Of a stretch of DNA of 32,701 nt, positions 26,378 through 32,701 are shown piece by piece; within the stretch, counting starts at the first letter, position 1, and every line of letters starts with the position of its first letter. The translations under genes were made by a program, and so were the position numbers. A model generated the notes under the pieces. It did no database searches, was not told the origin of the DNA, and worked only from the letters and a program-made list of their open reading frames with translations. Source of the stretch: Candidatus Eiseniibacteriota bacterium (GTDB taxonomy: Bacteria > Eisenbacteria > RBG-16-71-46 > SZUA-252); contig JANMQV010000103.1 in the NCBI GenBank assembly GCA_031370645.1, forward strand, positions 1 to 32,701. Reading direction: 5' to 3'.

Positions 26378-28752
26378 GCCCCGCGCGATCGGTGACGAGA
26401 AGTGGGGTCGGAGGCGTGCCCGGTACGGGTCTCGCGGTCGCCACAGCGGTCGCCATGATCGCCTTCCAAGTGGCCGCCAAAGCGACGCGCGACACGCTTT
26501 TCCTGACCTCGTTCCCCGTCTCCTACCTCCCCGCCATGACCGTTGCATCGGCGATCGTCTCGATCACCATGGTCATCGTGGCGGCCCGCGCGTTGGCCCG
26601 CTTCGGCCCCGAGTTCGTGATCCCGATCGGATTCGCCGGAAGTGCGGTGCTCTTGCTGGTCGAATGGACCGTGGTCCGGACCTGGCCGGGACCGATCGCG
26701 ATCGTGGTCTACCTTCACTATGGCGGGCTCGGTGCGCTCCTCATCTCCGGCTTTTGGGCGTTCCTGAATGAGCGCTTCGATCCGCGCTCGGCGAAGCGCG
26801 CGCTGGGGCGCATCGCTGCGGGGGGAACCGTCGGGGGACTGGTCGGCGGCGTCCTGGCCGACCGCGTCGGTTCGGCCTTCAACGTCTCGATGATGCTCCC
26901 GATTCTCGCGACGATTCACGCGCTCTGCGCGGTACTCGTCTTCCGTCTCCGCGAATCGTCGGGCTCGGCGAACGTACCGCCAAAATCGAAACGCGTCGTG
27001 GCGGCCGAGGAACCGGAACGGCCCGCCGTGGCGCCCCCTCCTTCCGCCGGCGAAAGCGCGGCCGCTGTCCCGACGACCTCTGTCTTCGGATTCGGCATCC
27101 TGCGTCGGTCGCCCTATCTCCGCACGCTCGTCGCGCTCGTTGTGCTGGTCACGATCAGCGAGGGGTTGGTCGACTGGATCCTCAAAGCCCGGGCCGCGAC
27201 CGCCATGGTGCGACCGCAGGACCTCCTTCGTTTCTTCGGCGCCTTCTACACCGGCGTCTCGGTTCTGACGGTCGTCGTGCAAACGTTGCTGAGCCGCGTG
27301 GCACTCGAGCGTCTCGGGCTCGCACGGTCGGTCGCCACGCTCCCGGCCGCGGTTGGGCTCGGGAGTTTCGGCGCGCTCGCGTGGCCGGGGCTCGGTAGCG
27401 CGATCGCGCTTCGGGCAACTGAATCGGTCGTTAGCAATTCGCTCTATCGCGCGGGATACGAAGTGCTCTTCACGCCGCTTCCCCCGAGGGAGAAGCGGGG
27501 CGTGAAGACACTCGTCGACGTGGGGGCCGCGAGGGCGGGCGACTTCCTCGGCGCCGCCGCGATTCAGATCGTGATCCTGGCGACCGACCTGGGGCGCGCC
27601 CCCGGCGCGATCTTGATTCTCGTCGCCACCTCCTGCGCGGCGACACTCTTCGTCGCGAGTCGTCTCCATGCGGGTTACGTCAAGGCGTTGGAGCGCGGGC
27701 TCGTCTCGCGCGCCGTTCATCTCGATTTCTCGGAAGTTCACGACGCGACGACGCGATCGATGCTCTTGCAGCGGATGGCGCCGCTCGCGCTGAGTCAGGT
27801 GCTCGATCGTTCGCAACTCACGGGGGTTTCGGGAGTCGTCGGACGGAGCGACGCGACGGGAGCGTCGGGCACGACGAGCACGAAGCCGGCTCGCGACGCG
27901 GGGAGGGCCGCTGCCGCCGCCCTCGATCCCGTGGCGCGACGCGACGCCTCGCTCCTGTCGGGACGCCCCTCGGAGGTGCGCGCGGCGCTTCGACAGGGTC
28001 CGCTCCCTCCGGAACTCGTCCCCCGCGTCATCACGCTCCTGGCGTGGGATGAAGCCGCGCGGGAAGCGATCGAGGCGCTCCGCGCGGTCGGTGACGACGC
28101 GATTCCGGCGCTCTCGGGAGCGCTATCCGATTCGAACAGCGACTTCGCCATCCGCCGCCGCGTGCCGCTCGTTCTCGGGACGGTGCCGTCGGCCTCCGCA
28201 ATCGAGGGTCTCCTGGGCGGGTTGGGCGACCAGCGCTTCGAGGTTCGTTATCGCTGCGGGCGCGCGCTCCACCATCTCGTCACGACGTACTCGAAACTTG
28301 GCGTTCCGCCGGATCGGGTCTTCGAGGCGGTGCTGCGTGAGGTGGGAGCGGAGCGGCGGGTCTGGGAGGGGCAGCGGCTGCTCGATCAACTCGACGACGA
28401 GTCGTGGACGCCGGCATTCGACGAGGCGCTTCGCGCGCGCGCGAACCGAAGCCTGGAGCACGTCTTCACGCTGCTCGCGCTAACGCTACCGCGTCAGCCG
28501 CTTCAGATCGCCTATCGCGGACTTCACACCGACGACCCGCTCCTTCGCGGGACAGCCCTCGAGTATCTCGAGACGACGCTTCCTCCGGAGATTCGAAAGC
28601 AGCTCTGGCCATTCCTGGAAGACACGCGAGGGAAGCGGCCGGAGACGCGAAGCACCGACGAAGTGTTGGCGGATCTCCTCCGATCGAACCAGTCGATCGC
28701 GATCCAGTTGGACTCCCTCCGCGCTCGCGAGCCGCGGGAGGGGGACTCCTAG
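26374..28752 (+). CDS. Npt/TLC-like (ATP/ADP translocase-related MFS) transporter fused to HEAT-like repeats
   Basis: About 12 TM helices with KATRDTLFL, FWAFLNERFDPRSAKR..G.IAAGG and YEVLFTPLP.REKR motifs; helical repeats (AIEALRAVG...IRRRVPLVLG...VRYRCGRAL) at the C-terminus. Confidence 0.72.
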   Translation: MSPARSVTRSGVGGVPGTGLAVATAVAMIAFQVAAKATRDTLFLTSFPVSYLPAMTVASAIVSITMVIVAARALARFGPEFVIPIGFAGSAVLLLVEWTVVRTWPGPIAIVVYLHYGGLGALLISGFWAFLNERFDPRSAKRALGRIAAGGTVGGLVGGVLADRVGSAFNVSMMLPILATIHALCAVLVFRLRESSGSANVPPKSKRVVAAEEPERPAVAPPPSAGESAAAVPTTSVFGFGILRRSPYLRTLVALVVLVTISEGLVDWILKARAATAMVRPQDLLRFFGAFYTGVSVLTVVVQTLLSRVALERLGLARSVATLPAAVGLGSFGALAWPGLGSAIALRATESVVSNSLYRAGYEVLFTPLPPREKRGVKTLVDVGAARAGDFLGAAAIQIVILATDLGRAPGAILILVATSCAATLFVASRLHAGYVKALERGLVSRAVHLDFSEVHDATTRSMLLQRMAPLALSQVLDRSQLTGVSGVVGRSDATGASGTTSTKPARDAGRAAAAALDPVARRDASLLSGRPSEVRAALRQGPLPPELVPRVITLLAWDEAAREAIEALRAVGDDAIPALSGALSDSNSDFAIRRRVPLVLGTVPSASAIEGLLGGLGDQRFEVRYRCGRALHHLVTTYSKLGVPPDRVFEAVLREVGAERRVWEGQRLLDQLDDESWTPAFDEALRARANRSLEHVFTLLALTLPRQPLQIAYRGLHTDDPLLRGTALEYLETTLPPEIRKQLWPFLEDTRGKRPETRSTDEVLADLLRSNQSIAIQLDSLRAREPREGDS

Positions 28753-28821
28753 ACGAGGCCGAGGGCGGAGGCGTCGAATGCGACGATCGGGAAGAGGCGC
28801 TTGCCTCCGTAATCCCGCGCT

Positions 28822-30567
28822 TCAGCGATCGACGGCGACCACGCGCCCGCCGGCGCGCGCCACGTAGAAACGGACCGGCCGGCTCCATCCCGCTCCGCGA
28901 TCGACCGACGCCTCGATCGCCAGGAACGGCCGGTTCGCTCCCCCTGCCGCGCCGCCCGGCGGATTCGCCGCTAGTCCCGCGAGATCCGCCGACGTTTCCT
29001 TTGTTTCACTCCAATCGCTCCAGGCGCCCAGACTCCGCTCGGCGTCGCAGGCGGCGAGCCGAACGCGGTAGCGCGGCGTCGTCCCGGGATAGAGTCCCCG
29101 CTCGGCGCCGAGATCGTGGAACCGGAGCGCGCCTTCCTTCCAGGTGAAGAAATCGAGCGGCGGCACGCGATCGAACCAGATGCGCGCCACCTTGTCGCGC
29201 CGCGCTTCGAGCATGTCGACGATGTACTTCGCGGCGTTCGGATTCCGATACTTCCCTTCGGCCACCGCCGCCTCCAACTGGTCACGCCGGAACGCCGAGA
29301 TGATCTTCGCCGCCCAGTAGCCGTCTCGCTCGGTCATGTTCGCGAAGGCCGCGTTCGGCTGGAGCGACTTCCACTCCATCGGATCGAACTGCACCGCCTC
29401 GAAGTAGCCGATTTCCGGCATCCCCTCCGGAAGCGTGAGCCGCCGCCAGTCGTCCTCGTGGATGCCGAGCCCCAAGAGCCGACCACCGACCGCGGAGAAA
29501 TCGAAGCCGTACTCCATGTTCGCAAGCGGGAATGGTCCGACTCCCCCCGTCCCGAGCGTGGCCGTGAAATCGAACAGATAGTGCCGCACGTACCGCTTGT
29601 CGCCCTCGGTGATGTAGCTGTCCTGCGTGTTGCCTTGCTTCACGTCGAAGTGAGCGAGCCAGGCGCAGATCATTCGGAGTCCGCGGAGCTCGCGGCGGTT
29701 TTCGTGCTTGATGCGGTCGAACGGATCGCTGTGGCGGCGGCTCTTCCAGTCGAAGGGACCGAGCAGTTCGCCGGGGAGGTATTTGCTCGCGATGCCGCGC
29801 CACGTTCCATCGGGATCGCGCGGCGAGCGCGCAAGAATCGTGTCGAGGTCCGCCTCGGTCATCGGCCGCTTCTTGCCGTGCTTTCCCGTGATCTGGACCC
29901 CCTCCTTCAAGACGAGATCCTCGCGGCGGAAATTGATGACGAAGTCCTCCGAGACGTTGTACCCGGCCGCGTAGAGAAGCCGCCCCGCGATGACGCCGGC
30001 CGCGGTGGTCGAACCGGGACAGCAATCCGGATCGAACTTCACGACGTACGTATCGCCGCGCGCGTCCTTCACGTTGAATCCCGAGGTCACGCCCTGCGTC
30101 TTCGCGCGGACCACCTTCCAGGGAGCGCTCCGATCGGGACCGTCGACCGTCAACACCCCGCGCGCCACCTCCTCGGGAGTCATCGGGTAGAGCCCGATTC
30201 GATTCGTGAACCAGGTGGAGGAGAGCGCCTCGTCGAGTTCGTTCACGTCGACGGCGGGGCGGGCGACGTCTCCGCCGAAGATCCCTCCCACGTGCCTAGC
30301 GAGTCGCACGGGATTGAAAAGCCGGCCAACGGGGCGAACGATCGTCTCGTCGAACTCGTCCTTGCGAAGGCTCGGGTCTCGTTTCTTCGGCTTCTCGATA
30401 GTGCCGCGATCGGCGGCGTCCCATCGCACCGGCTCGTCGCGAAGCGGCTCCCGCGCCGCCGCGACGGGGACTAGAGCGGGCACAAGAAGTCCCCACGCGG
30501 TGAATCCGGCGAGGAAGAGGGCCGCGAGGGCGGCGCGCCTAACGAGCGGGAATCGGCTCGCGCCCAT
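28822..30567 (-). CDS. Exported hypothetical protein with atypical protein-kinase-like motifs
   Basis: Signal peptide; KTQGVTSGF (Gly-loop-like), YVVKFD (beta3 Lys), HFDVKQGN (DxKxxN catalytic loop) and LFDFTATLG (DFG-like). Confidence 0.65.
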   Translation of the reverse strand: MGASRFPLVRRAALAALFLAGFTAWGLLVPALVPVAAAREPLRDEPVRWDAADRGTIEKPKKRDPSLRKDEFDETIVRPVGRLFNPVRLARHVGGIFGGDVARPAVDVNELDEALSSTWFTNRIGLYPMTPEEVARGVLTVDGPDRSAPWKVVRAKTQGVTSGFNVKDARGDTYVVKFDPDCCPGSTTAAGVIAGRLLYAAGYNVSEDFVINFRREDLVLKEGVQITGKHGKKRPMTEADLDTILARSPRDPDGTWRGIASKYLPGELLGPFDWKSRRHSDPFDRIKHENRRELRGLRMICAWLAHFDVKQGNTQDSYITEGDKRYVRHYLFDFTATLGTGGVGPFPLANMEYGFDFSAVGGRLLGLGIHEDDWRRLTLPEGMPEIGYFEAVQFDPMEWKSLQPNAAFANMTERDGYWAAKIISAFRRDQLEAAVAEGKYRNPNAAKYIVDMLEARRDKVARIWFDRVPPLDFFTWKEGALRFHDLGAERGLYPGTTPRYRVRLAACDAERSLGAWSDWSETKETSADLAGLAANPPGGAAGGANRPFLAIEASVDRGAGWSRPVRFYVARAGGRVVAVDR

Positions 30568-32023
30568 AGAGCATTCCGCCTTTCACGAATTGGAAAACCT
30601 GGTCGGCCCGAAGGCGAATGATCGAGGTCTCCTCGCTCTTCGCGTACTCGATCCGAAGCGCGAGGCCGTGGCCCGATTCGATTCGAAGGCCGCCGCCGTA
30701 CGAGAGCTTCATTTCACGGAGCGCGACTTGGCGGGCGTCGCCGAACACCTGTCCCACATCGGTCAGGAGGTAGGCATCGACTCCCGGGCCGAAGGGCCGC
30801 TGATGCGCCCAGATGGGCCATCGGTATTCGGCCGTCGCGATGGCGATGCCGCGGTCGCGCCAGCGGAAATCGTCGTATCCGCGGAGGAGATCGGGATCGT
30901 CGTTCGTGTTGAGTCGCGCGAGCGGAACGGGATCGCTTCCCGCGTTATCGATCCAGGAGGCGACACCGCGGAGGGCCAGGATGCGGAGCGGCCTCCAGAG
31001 GGTGAAGAAGTGCTGCAATTCGCCGCGGTACGTCCAAAAACGGACGTTGTCTCGATCGACGCTCTTGAAATAAGTCGCGCGAAGCCGCTGAATGCCGCCG
31101 CGGCCCGGACGGTTCTGGAGCCTCGCGCTCTCGTGCCTCCACTGGCCACCCACCGTGAAGCCGTAGGAGTGCCGGCCGTAGCCGGGCAGGGACGGCGCGG
31201 CGAAGGTGTCTTCCGCCGGCGGGTCGTTGCCCTTCCCGTTCCCCGGCGCGCCCGTCGCGACGGTGGAATATTCGAGATTCGCTTCCAAGTGCGAGGCGCC
31301 GCCGAAGGGACGGCGGAGATTCAGGCCCGCCCAACCGGTTTCCTGGTGAAGATACGACTCGTCCTCTTCGCGCGACTTGGGGCCGAGCCCGAAGTAGCGG
31401 ACATTCGGACGCTGCCGATAGCCCGCGCCGATCTCGAGAAACCCGCCACGATCCGAATGAAAGCGCGCGGCGATCCCGAGGTGGTCATCGTGGTGCGTGG
31501 TCGTGGAGGCGCGGGCCCGGAGCGTATTCCCCGTTCCGAAAAACTTCGTGTGCTCGGCGATGAGTCCGCCGCCGAGCCCCGAGAGACCGCCGAATTGGAA
31601 GTCGACCAAGAAGCCGAACGGTCCCTGCCGAGGTCCTAGCAGGCTTGCGGCCCGCTCCAGTACCCTATGCTCGTCCATGTATCCGATTCCCGCTCCGGTC
31701 CCTTTGGAGACGAGCACGATCGGGTAGGTGACGACGCGGTAGGGTGCGAGGAGCACTTGCTCCCACACCGGCTTGGGTGGTTCGGCGAGCGCGGCCGCCA
31801 CCGTGTCGGGGCGGGCCGCGATCGGTCCCCAATAACTCTCAACCGTCTGGGCGCACGCAGCGGCGCCCACCAGGAAGGACCCCAGGATGAGGATGGCGAA
31901 TCCGAGCGGGAAGCGCGCGTCGAGGCGTGGCCCGCTCCTGTGTATGTGGCGTAGTGGGCGTAGTGGGCGTATGGGGCGTATCGCGCGTTTCGCGGCGCTC
32001 GGTCTGCTTCTGGCGTTGGCCAT
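30539..32023 (-). CDS. Omp85 (BamA/TamA) family outer-membrane beta-barrel without evident POTRA domains; start uncertain
   Basis: Signal peptide ...GAAACA-Q; alternating beta-strands; lid loop LRGYDDFRWRD, AEYRWPI, LTDVGQVF and SYGGGLR. Confidence 0.8.
   Translation of the reverse strand: MANARSRPSAAKRAIRPIRPLRPLRHIHRSGPRLDARFPLGFAILILGSFLVGAAACAQTVESYWGPIAARPDTVAAALAEPPKPVWEQVLLAPYRVVTYPIVLVSKGTGAGIGYMDEHRVLERAASLLGPRQGPFGFLVDFQFGGLSGLGGGLIAEHTKFFGTGNTLRARASTTTHHDDHLGIAARFHSDRGGFLEIGAGYRQRPNVRYFGLGPKSREEDESYLHQETGWAGLNLRRPFGGASHLEANLEYSTVATGAPGNGKGNDPPAEDTFAAPSLPGYGRHSYGFTVGGQWRHESARLQNRPGRGGIQRLRATYFKSVDRDNVRFWTYRGELQHFFTLWRPLRILALRGVASWIDNAGSDPVPLARLNTNDDPDLLRGYDDFRWRDRGIAIATAEYRWPIWAHQRPFGPGVDAYLLTDVGQVFGDARQVALREMKLSYGGGLRIESGHGLALRIEYAKSEETSIIRLRADQVFQFVKGGMLYGREPIPAR
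31942..31986. repeat. Degenerate 9-bp tandem repeat (5 units)
   Basis: GTATGTGGC GTAGTGGGC GTAGTGGGC GTATGGGGC GTATCGCGC. Confidence 0.75.
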
Positions 32024-32462
32024 GGCGTCGGTGGCGGCGTCCCCGTTCATGTGGCCGCGCGGCTCGCGGCAGGCGGTGGCGCCGCTGGCGCAGCCCACGC
32101 TCGAATCGAAACTGGCGGCGTTCACGCCGGGGCCGGAGGCGGGCTATACGTTCGCCGCGTTCGGGGACCAGCGCGCCTTGGCCGGCGGCGAATGGGAATC
32201 GATGATGACTTCGATCGACTCGCTCTCGCAGCTGGATCCAAGAATGCTCTTCCTGCTCGACACCGGCGACATCGTGGAGAGCGGTTTCTACCGAGACCAG
32301 TTTCGAACGCTCGCCAGCATCCTGACCAGGGCTCCGAGCCTACCGTACCTGGTGGGGGTGGGCAATCACGAGCTCGACAACGATCGGCCCGGGCCCTCCC
32401 GGCTCCATACGGCGGCATTCCTGAAGCCGGCCGGCGCGAGCATCAACATTCTCATCGGGTGA
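31971..32462 (+). pseudogene. Exported calcineurin-like metallophosphoesterase, C-terminally truncated
   Basis: Signal peptide; motifs I-III (FGDQR, TGDIVE, GNHE) present; the ORF stops about 30 aa after GNHE and lacks the later His and GHxH motifs. Confidence 0.7.
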
Positions 32463-32469
32463 GTTCCTC

Positions 32470-32700
32470 CTATGTTTCTTCGTCCCGCGCCACGCGCACG
32501 GTGGCGAGCGGAGTTTCCTGGCGAAGCGGCGACATCGGCGCCGCGGCCGGCAGATGGAGGTCCCACCACTCCTCGGCCCGCGCGGCGTTCCACGGTTCGT
32601 GGAGCGGAATCGAGTCGAGGCGCCGCGCCAACTCCACCGTGCTCGCCGGGCGATCCTCGGGCTTCTTCGCGAGGCAGGCGAGGATCACCCGATCGAGTTC
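32470..32700 (-). CDS. C-terminal end of a Hanks-type Ser/Thr protein kinase (runs off the window)
   Basis: ELDRVILACLAKKPEDRP matches kinase subdomain XI. Confidence 0.8.
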   Translation of the reverse strand, partial: ELDRVILACLAKKPEDRPASTVELARRLDSIPLHEPWNAARAEEWWDLHLPAAAPMSPLRQETPLATVRVARDEET

Positions 32701-32701
32701 A

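Noticed and set aside
30520-30567. Tat signal in the kinase-like protein (VRRAAL)
   Set aside because: Lacks the S/T-R-R-x-F-L consensus; treated as a Sec-type signal.
31942-31986. Tandem repeat as a CRISPR array or phase-variation tract
   Set aside because: The 9-bp units have no spacers, no cas genes are present, and the unit length preserves frame.

Overview
High-GC bacterial chromosomal window with about 33 protein-coding genes. I found no rRNA, tRNA, CRISPR array, transposase or integrase; the lineage cannot be fixed from the sequence alone. From left to right: (1) a 5'-truncated sppA with a beta-strand-rich N-terminal extension, a membrane GAF-PP2C phosphatase with an RsbW-like anti-sigma kinase, a GAF/HD-GYP protein, ccdA-tlpA, glnA, a GNAT, padR-yjbQ and a Doc/AbrB toxin-antitoxin pair; (2) a Zn-ribbon/HAD/acpS/nnr/class II aldolase run, an M20-like protein lacking its metal ligands, and a stand-alone sigma54-type unit encoding a 21-aa hydrophobic peptide; (3) a GT2, an esterase-CMD-DapF-like operon with both DapF catalytic Cys replaced by Ser, and an ECF sigma/anti-sigma locus with twin divergent promoters. 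The best candidate for an undescribed system is at the right end: an Npt/TLC-like nucleotide transporter-HEAT fusion, a signal-peptide-bearing protein with protein-kinase catalytic motifs, a POTRA-less Omp85 barrel, an exported (truncated) metallophosphoesterase and a Hanks kinase. Together these suggest extracytoplasmic phosphorylation. All family calls come from motif recognition by eye, not database searches.
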